Assembly: GCA_046563655.1 (NCBI GenBank)
Contig: CM102286.1
Coordinates: forward strand, 3,844,001-3,908,000
Direction of reading: 5' to 3'
Source of the DNA: Yuukianura sp. NJ FZ-2021
Taxonomy: Eukaryota
Length of the DNA: 64,000 bases
Below, one piece after another: positions 52,136-64,000 of this stretch. A program made the position numbers and the translations under genes. The number at the start of each line of letters is the position of its first letter. Positions within the stretch are counted from its first letter, which is position 1. Below the pieces are notes generated by a model. It made no database searches. It was not told the DNA's origin and saw only the letters and a program-made list of their open reading frames with translations.

Positions 52136-52739
52136 AGCTGCTGTTCAAAAAATGCTAAAAAATGAACTAGTCGATGAACTTTAGAAAGTTTTAAAAATTT
52201 TGAATCCACTTTTTTATGAATTTTATTTCATGAATAGTTTACGTTTCTAAAAATTCCTAAAAACTACTTGTTTGACAAAAACTGATTTGGTTACTAACTT
52301 GACGTATGAGTTCCTATGTACTAAAGTTCCTCTATTGAGTTCAGCATTTGAAATGGGGTGTTTATAACTTCAAAAAGCTAAGAATTTAATAAGTTTTTTG
52401 AACTTGACGAGTGCTACTTACTTGCAACATGGCTTTAATTCTAAAAACTTTGTTAAAAACAAAGTAACTATTGACAGTAATATGGCTAGTCGTTGTAAAT
52501 CTGTTGGTTTAAAATTACCAATTTAGGCCTGGTGTTAAAAAATTGAAATTTCAAAGTCATGAAAAAAAGAAATAAAATTGGAACATGCTGAAACAGTGTT
52601 GTTGTTGGAGTGTTTGGTTTTAGTGCTGCTGGAGTCTGCGTTTCAGCAACCGAAAGCATCATTCGTAATCTTTTTGCAATCAGAGAACGCGTCCTTTGCG
52701 AAACTTAAGTAGTTGTCTTCCAACTCCCAATTCCTTAAC

Positions 52740-55702
52740 ATGTGCAATTCACTTGTTCTGATTTCGTGGACTTGCATCTTGTTAGCAGTGCAAATTTTGT
52801 GTTTCGCAAATTCTAGAAGTTATAGTGAAGCATCAGCGCTATATTCAGGAGAATCTTATGACGAAGGAGAACAGTCTCAGTATTCGGCAGTGACAACGAA
52901 AGATTTTTACGACGAAGAAGATGCGGAACAACACTTGAGACAGGTTTGTCACAATCTTTTTTCATTTTTTAGCTACAAATTTTTAAAATTTCAAAATTTT
53001 CATTTAAAGCTTCACTCACTTCTGCGTTTTGGTTGTTCGTACTTTACCAAATTTTTAAACACGTTTGATCTTGTTCTTGGGGAAACTTTTTTAGAAGGAT
53101 GTAAAATGTCTTCACACTTTTTGTTAAAGTGAGCTTAAATCTCAACTGGACTCTTTCTAAAAAAAAATTTAGTCCAAATTTATTTTTACGTCAGGCGTGA
53201 TTACATTGTTGCGTGTCCTAAAACCATTACATTAGAACGGAGTGCGGCTTAAACAAAACCACTTTTGGCTACTTAGGACAAACCAAAGTAAACTGAATTA
53301 GTACAAAATTGAATTGATACAAAAAAAAAACGTAAGTAATTTTTTTCTCCACAAGTATTCTGAAGTCATTGAAGCAGCAAGAGCAACCAGTTTTAGAAAG
53401 AACGCACAGAAAAGCATTTTGAGTGATCTGGATGACTTATCGTTTAAGTTCAAGTGGTGGGCGGTGGATACGATTAGTCTAAATTTGTAAATTGAACAAA
53501 TTGATGCTAAAGGGGTAGTAACCTCAAGGGAAACCGGTATTTCAAAAAGAAACAAAAGCAACTCTTAAGTGGGAGTTTAAATTACAACGAAATTCGTTCC
53601 AAATGAATCCAAACTTATTTCTTGTTTTGACTTTTTGTTGCCAACATTCCGTGCCGTGCCATGAAGTGTGAAATGATTTTTGCAAAGTACATTTTTTGTC
53701 GTGCATCATTCAGTTTGGCTAAAAATTGCACAAAGTGCGATCAAAGGTTCCTTTTTTATTTATTTGAGTTTGACTTTTTAAAAATATTTCTGATAAGATA
53801 TTTGATAGCCGGGGTTAGCGATGTGTTAGTCTGGATGAAGTTTGAAGTGAGTTTGTCTAGGAAAAGTAAACAAAACAAGATCTGACTGAAGGCCAAAACA
53901 AAACTTAAAATTCCACTAGATCATGTTGATAGATAAATCTTATTTGCAAAAAAAAGCATTCGAAAAGCTACATTTGATCGAATTCTGATTATGTCATGCT
54001 GGCATGAGGCTTTTTAAATCAGTAAGTCTCAGCGACAGTTGCAGAAAAAATGAAAAATTGAATCCGTCAATACACTTTCCTCGCAGTAATTCCAAAAAAC
54101 GAAAAAAAGAGTTTCGGAGACCAAAAGTTTTATTTTGAGCTTGAGTAATCCTAGAAATAAAGTTTTTATTACAAAATTTACTCTAGGAATAAAATTTACA
54201 TGTCAAAACGTCTACATCAAGGCAATTATGTGTGATGGTCATAAAAAATTTCAAGTTCAGCCAAAAACTTCAGTTTTAGTTTCTTCAGAAGTGGATTTCC
54301 GTGTTACTGTTTCTTTATTGTGTAAACTTTTTCGTTTAAATTTCGCTCTGAGAATTTATGAAATGGTGTTTTCTATATAACCCCAGAGCCAACTTTTTCA
54401 AACTTTAATTAAAGTTTCTGCCAAGTGGAGAAGTTTATTCGTTCAAAGAATTTTTCAATTTGTTCAAAAAATGAGTTAAATACAAAAAATACAAAAAAAA
54501 TCGAGTTCAATGTTCGATAGTTTCTTTCATTTCGCAAGATTTGTTTGTATAGCTTTTGCAATTTCATGGCCCTTCACAGACAAAACAGAAACGCAAAGAT
54601 TACTCAGCAAAGACAACCATGATGCTGCAAAATTGATGTTGTTTCAAACAAAAATTCATCAGTACTACGCATGCGCCGAGTTGAAAACCTTAGGATTTGA
54701 TGGGTTTAAGTGGCGCAGAATTTAAAACTTTTAAGTTTCATAGGTATACGTGGGCTATGATGAACCGTGTCCACCAATTCCTGACCTGTCAGCATTCAGC
54801 ACAACAACATGTGAAAGTACCCCCTGCGTTGAAGACCAGGAGTGCCCTTCAGACTTTGCCTGTTGTTTTAACGGGTGCATCCATTCTTGTTTACCGCGAG
54901 TTCAACCACCCCCGCGTAAGTTCAAAAAACACTTAAAATTTCTTTTGAGACGACAGAGTCATGAAAAATAATGGGGAAGAGTTACTGGAATGACACAGAG
55001 AGAACCTAAAACTAAGAAAATGACATGAGAATGATTTGTGGTGTTGGCAGCATTCGACTGGTTGGAGGAGACACGCGTAAAGAAGAGTTATGAGAGAAGT
55101 TTGAATAATGAAAGTTCTTCATCATGGCACCCAGACGACTACGGCACGACGTCTGAGGAACTGGAAACGACTCCCAGGACAATGAGTGCACGAGCCAGGA
55201 GCGGTGACGTGTCACTTCCTGGAGGGTGTATCCTCACCCCTGTCCAATACCATGATCTCCTGCTTTTCCGGCAGCATCAACATGTCCACTCGTGGTAATG
55301 TTTACATTCATATTTCGACTAAAACTGAATTCAAAAGTGCATATTTCCCTCGCTTTGAGTTAGAACTTGTTGGAACGCCCTCTGACGGCTGAACTCGCCG
55401 TCGAATGATTCCAACAGTTTTAAAAGTCACATGATAGTTTTGAATCATGAATTTTGGTCACATGACTAGAAATTCTAAATTCTCCAATTTAAGCACGTGA
55501 CTATACAAATTTCAAACTCCAACGCATTCGCGATTGCGGGTCAGCTTAAGTACTTAAGTTTGAAACGTACTGTAGATTTTTCGTAACTTTTAAAGCTTGC
55601 GCTGTATTATACGTGTCACTTTATTGACCTTATGACGTTTCTTTCAGTTCGTGCTCTAACAAAGAGGTCACATGCACCGTGAATCATCTGGAACAAACCT
55701 AA
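52740..55702 (+). CDS. Secreted WAP four-disulfide-core protein, WFDC1/ps20-like
   Basis: Signal peptide MCNSLVLISWTCILLAVQILCFA; WAP CPPIP...CESTPCVEDQECPSDFACCFNGCIHSCL followed by PPP|AFDWL as in WFDC1; 4 exons; TAA at 55700-55702. Confidence 0.8.
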
Positions 55703-56208
55703 ATTCGTTTTTGGAGGAAAATACTACGTTACTTTCTACACGTTGCGGCTTCGTATGACCCACAACGACAAAGTACGAAGATACAATATACTACAATGCC
55801 AGCAATAATGAATGATGTAATGCTTATTACATGTTACCACCATTTCAATATTGTCAGATTACACGAAAATGGAAATTTTATTCTGAAATAAACTTCCAGT
55901 GACCTCTGACCTCTGACTCTTGTTTCATTTTGCTCCACGTTTTAGATCACGCTTTAGATTATGGTGCAGCACCGGATTACTGAGTGGCGTTGGTGATGGT
56001 GACAAGCAGCAGCTTGCTAATCTGTGTGCTAAAACTAAAAACTAAAAATTCGCGGGAGAGTTCAAAACTCCAGAATATGTTGATGGAAGGTTATTGACCT
56101 CCCTGGACAAAATACTTCTTTTAGATTACCTTACAAATGGACAAAAATCATTGTTTCCATAGTTAATTGACTAAACTTTCCGCATTTTTCTCGTAAATGC
56201 TAGGCAGG

Positions 56209-56463
56209 ATTGCATCAGCCTTTCTGTTTTCCCATGAATTGCACATGAACAAGAACCTGACGTCACCCACCCCAAACCGCCGCCGCCCAACGTATCTTTG
56301 TATCTCGAAAGCATGGTAACTGTACTTGGAATGGAAAAATTTTGGTTCCTTTTCATCCTAGTGCAAAATTACAAGTCCAACCAACCACTTATACAGACAA
56401 ACATATGATGCAAGTAATTGAGTCAATTGATTTCCACAAGTTTCAACTTAAATCACATCAGTT
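56209..56463 (+). promoter_or_regulatory. Stress-response promoter cluster: C/EBP-ATF element, CRE, AP-1, Inr
   Basis: ATTGCATCA 56209-56217, TGACGTCA 56258-56265, TGATGCAAG 56406-56414, TGAGTCA 56419-56425 and TCAGTT 56458-56463, upstream of the PPP1R15-like gene. Confidence 0.55.
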
Positions 56464-57056
56464 ACAGTCCATACAGAACATTAACGAGATAAACATTCAT
56501 CAATCTTTTGGTTATTTCCAAATTCCGAAGAGAATTCAACCGAATTTCAAAAATCTGTTTCCAAAGCAACCAAAACCAAGAAAGAAAAAGTACTGAAAAA
56601 GAATCAACAAATCTTTTGAAAAAACATTGAAAAAGTGAAAAGGAAAGGTCAAACTGTTCCACATCATCCTGGAATTTCAAAGCAACAGTAAGTTTTAATC
56701 GGGAAATTCATTCATTCTGTATTATCTAAACTAATCTGTGGTGAAAGCAATTTACAACTGGACATTTTTGTTTAATCTCGGTTGACTGTGATTGATTTCG
56801 TAAGGCTAAGGCGCAAGACAATGTATTTTTTGCAATATCGTTTATTTCGCAAACAAACAGGCTCAGAAACGCTTAGCAGTTAGAGTGGAAATGAAATCGC
56901 TAACTTAATTTTCTAATTTGTTTTGTAGAACTGGAAGGCGTCTCAGGAATCCATTCGATCGTTGCAAGTTTGTGCGTTGCATTTGTTGCTTCCGCAGTTC
57001 AAATTTTGCAGTGTCAATATTGGACCATCGTCAGCATCATCGGTTACCATTGGAAA

Positions 57057-57872
57057 ATGCAGATGGAATTTAGTCTGGATTGGAGTCCTACGACAGGATT
57101 TCCTAAGAAGATGAAGAATAAGACGCCCAAGGCTATTCCTTGTTCCACGCCGTCGTCTCCAATTGCTACGGCTGTGATTGTTAGTAACAGTCCCCTGGAA
57201 TTCAGTATTTTGTCGTATCATATCCCATTACACGCCATGTCACTGGAAGAACAAATACCGAAAGCGAAGTCCAAGGGGAGATCCCCTGCGACTGCGCCGA
57301 AGAAGTCTCACTCCGCCCATATGGTATGATTTTGCATGTATTGTTTTATTCCGATTAGGAAACGCGTTATAATCTGAGCATCTTATCGATCGGTTTTGCG
57401 CATGATGTTTTTTTTATTGAACTTGCTGTTTTCAACTGATAGTAAATCTATAGTTAAGTTACTTCCTTCTAAATAACGTTCGTTTTACGTTTGATTATTG
57501 CAGGTCCATTTTCCAGATGATGATCACTTGGTGATTGTGTTTGAATTTGATGATGATTTGGAGTCAAAGGAACTTCGCTCCTGCTACTGGGAAGTATTTG
57601 CCAGAGATCGGGCTCGGTTTAAGGACAGAATTGAACGAGCATCAGAAACTCTCAATCCAATTCTGGCCTCATCTCACCGTGCTCAAGTATATTCAAAACT
57701 TTATTCTGCCCAATCAGAAGACAGTGTGGACAGTATAGCTTGGCTTCTCAATAATCTTGGCTCTGGAAATGATATAAACGCAAGCGGAGACAGTGGCAGT
57801 AGCTCTTCAACTTCAACGGGAAAGAAACGCCGTAGGAAGCGTCGTGGCAAGTGCAAGAAACATAGAAACTGA
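57057..57872 (+). CDS. PPP1R15: PPP1R15/GADD34-like eIF2-alpha phosphatase regulatory subunit (~211 aa)
   Basis: Exons 57057-57323 and 57504-57872 give ...AHM|VHFPDD...RSCYWEVFARDRARFKDRIERASETLNPILASSHR, i.e. an RVxF-type motif plus the W-x3-A-x-D-R-x-R-F-x2-R-I helix typical of the family. The start codon is uncertain. Confidence 0.8.
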
Positions 57873-58648
57873 AGATTCGCTTCATTTTCTAACTTCGCAT
57901 CGACGCATAATCTCTGAGAGTTCGATTTCGTACGGACGCGTCACGAATAAGATCAACGTCAAAAAAGTCCTCAAAATCGATAGGTAGCTTTTGCTACATT
58001 TACAAAATACGGCTGAATTTTACGAACTAAAAATCTAACAATTTTTTTTTGAATTTTTAGAAAGACTGAAACTATTTATTTGTCTGCTGGAACAGTTTTC
58101 TTCAAGTCACAGCAACTCTGCTACTTTACTAATACTAAGTAAATGATAAGTATAAATCTAATTACTAATTAAGGTGCTAAGCAAGGTAACTAAATCAAAA
58201 AAGTCGACAATAATATTGTTGATTTTTTCGGTTTAGTTACGTTGATAAGAAGTAAATTGTGTAAATTCTATACATACATTCTTGTCATCTTGTCATTTTT
58301 GATTAAACAATGTCAAACGCTTGTTAAGATTATCAAAAAAAACTTTCCGTTTCAACTTTAATCATGATTTGCTTATGGGAAAACTAAAGTGTAGAGCAGC
58401 AATAGTGCAATTTACTCGATTATTTGTATTTTTTACACTTCATTTGTAGCTGTGCTACATTGTCCGATCTACAAATCGTAATTTAATGTACTCCAATTAA
58501 ATTAATTTCTGACTAAATATAATGTTAACATTCGTTTTGCTTAAATAAATGAAACATAATAACTTAACCTAGTTTTGATTTATACGTAGAATAGTTAGAT
58601 ACTCTCAATCTTGTACTTGCTCATAGTACTTGTTTTATTCAGTTGTTT

Positions 58649-60059
58649 CTAATTGAATGTAAATTTGATCGCTTTTCGGCAAGTATTGGTCATTTCCGAC
58701 CATCTTGTACCTGCCGAACACTTCAAGTGCGGAGTAGATTTACTCAGGGAGTAATTAGCTTCTAGTGGTAAACAACTAATGTTGTTGGAAGCATCAAATC
58801 CAACTTGGCCCATGATTCCGTCTGATCTGGTGCAATTATCATTCAGAGATACGCAGAAGCCGTCGAGCAACACTTTGGTGACACAAGAATCGTTGGCGGT
58901 TATCATTTCAGAAGTATTTGTTGAATTTTCATTGCAGGGGTTAGGCAAACACACAAGTCCAGTTGAGGTCAACTGCAGCCACTCTCCCTCTGCGCAAGAC
59001 TCCTGTGGACGAAGTAAATTTTTGGAAAATGTCGTCAGAAAAGTCGTTTTTAACAAATTCAGATACAGTGGATTCTCTAAATAAGGGACAGGAGCTCCTC
59101 CTCTTTCTCACTTTCACTGCGCAACAGCGCACAAACTGCGCAACAGCGCACAAACTGCGCAACAGCGCACAAACTGCGCAACAGCGCACAAACTGCGCAA
59201 CAGCGCACAAACTGCGCAACAGCGCACAAACTGCGCAACAGCGCACAAACTGCGCAACAGCGCACAAACTGCGCAACAGCGTAATTTGCGTATAATATAC
59301 CATATAATATTGATACGTATATAGATATCACATATAATTAGCATTAATATGTGAATATTATATATATTAATATTAATTATATACTCTGAACTTCGAAACA
59401 GGAAATTTTCATTAGAATGGTGTTCCTAGCCTTAAATTCCATATAACTGACCGTTTACCAGAAATCTTACGGTACTGGGGGAGGTGCCTACTACCAATCC
59501 TCCAATCGTGATTTTTTCCCTTATTTAGAGAATCCACTGTACTCGAAGAATAAGGTTAAATTCATTTTATATAAATCGTACTTGACAAAAGAGTTGATTG
59601 CATTGTTCCGTTACTGAATTGTAGGCTATGCCCTTCATCTCCTGATCGCAGTCACACATACCAAGGTCAGATTTCCCAGGAACAGAATAGAATTTCATGT
59701 TTGGTGGACAAGGTCCCTGCGTCCCAACCTCATGGCAGGTCACACCATCATAATCCAAATTTGCCGCAAGTTTTGTGCCATTGGTCACCCCAGAACAAAA
59801 TCTATAATGATAAATTATTTTAAAGCAGTGATGTGATATTGCGAACTTCAGAGGTCAAGGTCAATCAATAGACTTACCCTTGGTATGTTGTTCCCCTAAG
59901 AATTTTGTCGTCAGTGTCGCTGTGGTGACCACTTCCGTTTGGAGTACTATCGGGGTACACCAGTCGGTCTTTGATTTGATTTGAAATAGGATTTGAGTCT
60001 ACTACAGCAGCGATTAGTAGGAATAACGCAAGTCCACTTTCCAATAATAACCAGGACAT
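58649..60059 (-). CDS. Secreted cysteine-rich protein, DUF4789-like
   Basis: Signal peptide MSWLLLESGLALFLLIAAVVDS; CHEVGTQGPCP...GMCDC...CNQLFCQ|ESCAEGEWL...CLPNPC...CSAGTRWSEMTNTCRK; 3 exons. Confidence 0.75.
59116..59281. repeat. Perfect 19-bp minisatellite (actgcgcaacagcgcacaa) x8.7 in an intron
   Basis: Eight identical units plus 14 bp, with no spacers. Confidence 0.97.
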
Positions 60060-60900
60060 TGGATAAAGACTCAATAAAGTACGAGTTTTAATTTATTACG
60101 CAAATAAACTAATTTGTGCTGAAATAAAATAATTCTGTTCTTGAGTTATGGCCTCTTTAATAATTAGTTTGAGTAATTCGCTGTGTCTTTCCTACAATGT
60201 TTTTTTCTTGATTTTGTTAACCTTCCAAACCAGTTTTTACTAAGTTTTTTGCCAATGAAGGGCTTATAAATTTTCCGTACAAAATTATGATTCGTGACCT
60301 ATAAGCATCGTAATTGGAAAAAGTAATTGTCAGTGCTGATCATATCAGCACTGTACCAGGATTCAAGCCAATGGCGGGTTTGTATCACAGTGAAAACCTT
60401 TTTCATCATGGCATCAATTACATTGAGACACAAATCTGCTGATCGTGTTACTGCGCATGTGATCTGCCCAACATATTTTTACAATGATGTTCAAATATTC
60501 ATAATAATAATAAAGAAAAAAAACTAAATTCTTTCGTTTTGAGGAAACGCAAAAGTTGTTAAACTGCGTTCAAATGTGAATGCTCTCTTTTTTTCCGTAA
60601 ACCGCAAAATTCATTACAAAAATCAATTAAAGTAAGTAATTTAAGTTAAAAAGTTAATTAAACTTGACTAGGGTTCATTAACCTCAAATAGTTGTGGTGT
60701 AGTCGTTAATGAAATCGTTGTGGAAATGCTCTACATTTAAAGTACTAGTCAAAAAGTTTTTTTTTAGCAAATTCCCAATTGATGATGTGTGTTTTAAAAA
60801 TTCAAGAAGAAAAGGCACGTGGAAAAGCTATTCAGTCATTCATTATCTGAAATTGCCTAGTTAATACTCTTTGTATCCTTTCACAAACACAATTTGTAAA

Positions 60901-62193
60901 ATGAATGGCGCGCAGCCAGAAGAAGTCAATCTGAGTCCACGGCGCATCCTCGTCATCGGCGCCGGTTGGTTTGGTTGTCACATTGCACTGGAAATCAAAC
61001 GTACAGTTCCTTCAACCCAAGTAACAATTTTTGAGCGGAACAGCCAAATTCTTGATGGAGTTTCAGGAAAATTTGGAATTCGGCTTCACGCAGGTCCGCA
61101 CTATCCGCGTTCCGCAACTACACGCAAATTTTGTCATGATGGTTTTATAGAGTTTTTGGCACAGTATCCAGAACTGGTAAATGACCACAGTTACTCCCAT
61201 TATGGACTTGGTTTTGTGGATGCCAATGGTGAACCATCAAAAATTGGCAAAGATGCATTCATCAAAGTTTGCAAAGAATTTGGATTTCTAGAGGAAGTGA
61301 ACATGGAGTCCAAAGGTTACGATTTTTTAGAATTTGTTGCCAATGTACAAGAACCCAGTGCTGTCGTTGGTGACGCTTTGCGGAGTTTTTTCGTCGCATA
61401 CCTCAAAAAACTCGATGTACAACTATATTGTAACTATGAAGTGACTAGCATCTCAAGAGACAAGAGTAAAGGTTTGAGCACTGTTAAAATTGACAACAAC
61501 CACGTCAATTTTCAGTTTCATCATGTCATCAACGCCACAAGTTTTCAGTCACTACTTCCTCAAAAATCTACAGCACATTCCAGCATCAACTTTCCACTAA
61601 ACTTGCCAGTCGTCTACCAAGCACGAACTGCGTTGATCTACAAATGCATTCTGGATCCACTTCCAAAGAAACCATTTTCATTCATAGTTATGGACGGATG
61701 CTTCCCGGGAATTCAGCCATCAGATGACCAAGGAAACATTGAGGCAGTTGACACCTATCTTCTATGTCATCACAAGTGGACAACTTTGGGGACATTTGAG
61801 ACAAAAGAAGAAGCAGAAAAAGTGCTGCTTCGTCTCAGTGATGCCGTTGTTGAAACAACGATTAGCAAGAACTGTGAATCCGAAATGGCAAAGTTTTGGC
61901 CAGGATTTAGCAAAACTTTCAAATATGTTGGGTGGAAAGGAACAGTTTTGGCAAAAGTGAACGTGGATTCAGATTTTAGCAGTGCCGCAGCGTTTCGTTC
62001 CAAAATTGATGACGTCATTTACGTTTTCCCGGGAAAAATAAACAATGTGTTTCAAATGGGACGGGAAGTAATGACCTTGATTGGTCTCAGACCGGGAAAA
62101 ATTGGGCATGACGAGAACTTCGAGTACACTGAAAATGGAATTTTGGCTATTCTAAGCTATGAACTAAAAAAGAAGTTAAATGGATACCACTGA
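60901..62193 (+). CDS. Intronless FAD-dependent oxidoreductase (DAO-like Rossmann fold), 430 aa
   Basis: Single uninterrupted ORF with RILVIGAGWFGCHIA...IFER (GxGxxG FAD-binding), GIRLHAGPHYPRS and HHVINAT. Confidence 0.85.
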   Translation: MNGAQPEEVNLSPRRILVIGAGWFGCHIALEIKRTVPSTQVTIFERNSQILDGVSGKFGIRLHAGPHYPRSATTRKFCHDGFIEFLAQYPELVNDHSYSHYGLGFVDANGEPSKIGKDAFIKVCKEFGFLEEVNMESKGYDFLEFVANVQEPSAVVGDALRSFFVAYLKKLDVQLYCNYEVTSISRDKSKGLSTVKIDNNHVNFQFHHVINATSFQSLLPQKSTAHSSINFPLNLPVVYQARTALIYKCILDPLPKKPFSFIVMDGCFPGIQPSDDQGNIEAVDTYLLCHHKWTTLGTFETKEEAEKVLLRLSDAVVETTISKNCESEMAKFWPGFSKTFKYVGWKGTVLAKVNVDSDFSSAAAFRSKIDDVIYVFPGKINNVFQMGREVMTLIGLRPGKIGHDENFEYTENGILAILSYELKKKLNGYH

Positions 62194-62543
62194 TGAGTTG
62201 TGTTAGATGTCTTTGGGTTAGGTTATATTTTATATCTAAACTAGTCTAACAATAAGTTATATCCAAACTTATTCAAATAGTTACTAGTCAGTTAGTCAAA
62301 TAGTTGGAAAAAGTTGGACACTTTTACTTTTTCAAAAGAAAAGGAAAAGAGTTAGACAAATTTTGACAAGTTAGCTAATCTGGAACATATAATGTAAAAT
62401 TCTGCAATTTAGATAATAGTAACATTACTACGTAGTGAAAACAGTTGTTACCTTACGACCACGTAAAAAGTCAATTTAACGTAAGCATTTTAATTTAATA
62501 TGTTTATGACAATACGTTCTAAATTGCGACTCCTTTTCTTACG

Positions 62544-64000
62544 TTAGTGAAACCCATGATCATCAACTGACAAAACTAGCATAATTGCATAGTCAACTGC
62601 TTTGTACATGAACGTAACTGCTGTAGATTTTTCAAAATAGTAAAAAATACCCATTTCAATTTTGAGGTCACGGCATGAGCGAAGATGTTTCAATAAATAT
62701 TTCACTTTGCATTTTCTCGTATTCTTTTGTCTTATAAACCGATCCGTAGGCTTAAGAAAAGTTCGATTGTCCAAACCCACGTCAGATTCAATTTTGTTTG
62801 GCACCTTATCGTCCTCAGCAACGATTGCTTTGTCAAAGGTCGGAAAATTTTGGTTAGGCTCTTGGTTTAAAACGGAATCGATGTCAACGCTTCCGAGATT
62901 CCACGACTTTCTAAAATTTGCTGCACTTTCATTAAGTATCCCACCATAAGGATATACCATTCTAGAAAAAGTAAAGCATCCGACTGTCACCAGCGGAAAA
63001 GTTATGTAGGCTTCAAACGGTAGTCGATTGAAGAAGGCAATTGTGCCGTACAGCCCACCAATCGACAGGCAGAGATTCAATGTCTTCTGCCCTTGCATAG
63101 CAGTGAAGTTCATTGTTGAATTTAAGCTGTTCATCATCAACTGCATATTACGGTAGACTAGCAGTACGTTTGGAATTGAGCGGAGCGATGGTGACGTAGC
63201 AGACGAAGTGTTGCCTGACTTTAATCTGAAACGATTGTTTTTTGTTAAGTTCAAATAAATTTTGAATTTTGAAAACAAACGGTATGCGTTAACGTACTGC
63301 ATTTCTTGTAGCCAGAAGCTTGTGCTTGCCAAAAACATGATGGATGTTCCTGCGTAGGGAAGGGCATTTAACCAGCAGATTGCGTATGGAAATACTTCCA
63401 ATGGAGCAAAAAGGTACTTCCAAACACATTGGCTTTCTAAAGCTGTCAAAGAAAAGTAAAATACTTGGTTCTTTGGGTGTGTCAAAAACAAAAATGCTAC
63501 TCCAAGTATTTGTCCAAAGTTAAACGTAGACAGGGCCAACAGGAATGGTCCACAAGCGTCCTTCACTTTTCTTCTTTGAAATGATTCTAATGTAGATTCA
63601 CAAACATTTTTTTTGTCAAGAGCAGAAAATTGTTTTTTTTAAGATGAAGTCTACTTACGCGTCAAGTGCTGCTCAGTATTAAGAAGCGTCGTCAGGAATT
63701 CAGCCAGTTCGTGTCTTCGAAAGTACGTATTGAGCTGTAGTAGGACTGCCAAGAAGCACTGGAACATCAAGGTCAACTGAAGCATGAAGTCCACAGGAGA
63801 AATTCCATCAAAAATAATAGACTTCAAACTTCGCGTTGTGACAAAACACGCCTGAAATACGACAAAAACTGTCGAAAACGTGAAAAGTGATTTTGCAATT
63901 CGTCTGTCGTCGGTTTTTAAGGTCAATGTCTCCTTGTCCCAAATAAATGGAGACGATTTTATTTTAATACTGAGACTCATGGACAACGTGAAGGCGTTGA
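62544..64000 (-). CDS. Multi-pass membrane chemoreceptor-like protein (GR/OR-like), 5' end outside the window
   Basis: Three hydrophobic exons with about 7 TM segments. The C-terminus LRSCRDLKIEMGIFYYFEKSTAVTFMYKAVDYAIMLVL resembles the TM7 region of the insect chemoreceptor superfamily. Confidence 0.65.

Noticed and set aside
59116..59281. Regular short repeat with long Cys/Ala ORFs; CRISPR-like at first glance
   Set aside because: Units are contiguous with no unique spacers, there are no cas genes, and it sits in a eukaryotic intron. The ORFs are artefacts of the 19-bp period.

Overview
Eukaryotic, AT-rich, gene-dense 64-kb window with short GT-AG introns (mostly 55-100 nt). The gene content points to an arthropod, plausibly a springtail or other basal hexapod; this taxon call is inference only. 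In order it contains: two tandem paralogues of an uncharacterised secreted protein; a rearranged block of pseudogene fragments (calpain-C 3' ends, ash2, WDR3/UTP12); a ~590-bp tandem array with a dimeric higher-order period; a calpain-C-like pseudoprotease lacking all three catalytic residues; an EGF-TM-PLAT polycystin-1-like gene without a channel module; an AREL1-like HECT ligase plus a duplicated broken 3' end; a secreted coiled-coil gene whose intron holds a ~2-kb foldback element with a nested hAT-like MITE; a 125-bp satellite; a NIDO-AMOP-VWD-Sushi-Ig gene; a PH/CPI-motif gene; a WFDC1-like gene; a compact PPP1R15/GADD34-like gene; a DUF4789-like gene; an intronless FAD oxidoreductase (HGT candidate); and a partial multi-TM chemoreceptor-like gene. 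The most striking observation is that the NIDO-AMOP-VWD gene appears to end in a 6-Cys inhibitor-cystine-knot (knottin) exon instead of a transmembrane anchor. A decayed second copy of that exon sits on a different upstream sequence, which suggests exon capture by local segmental duplication. All gene models were spliced by eye and family calls rest on recalled motifs; no searches were run.
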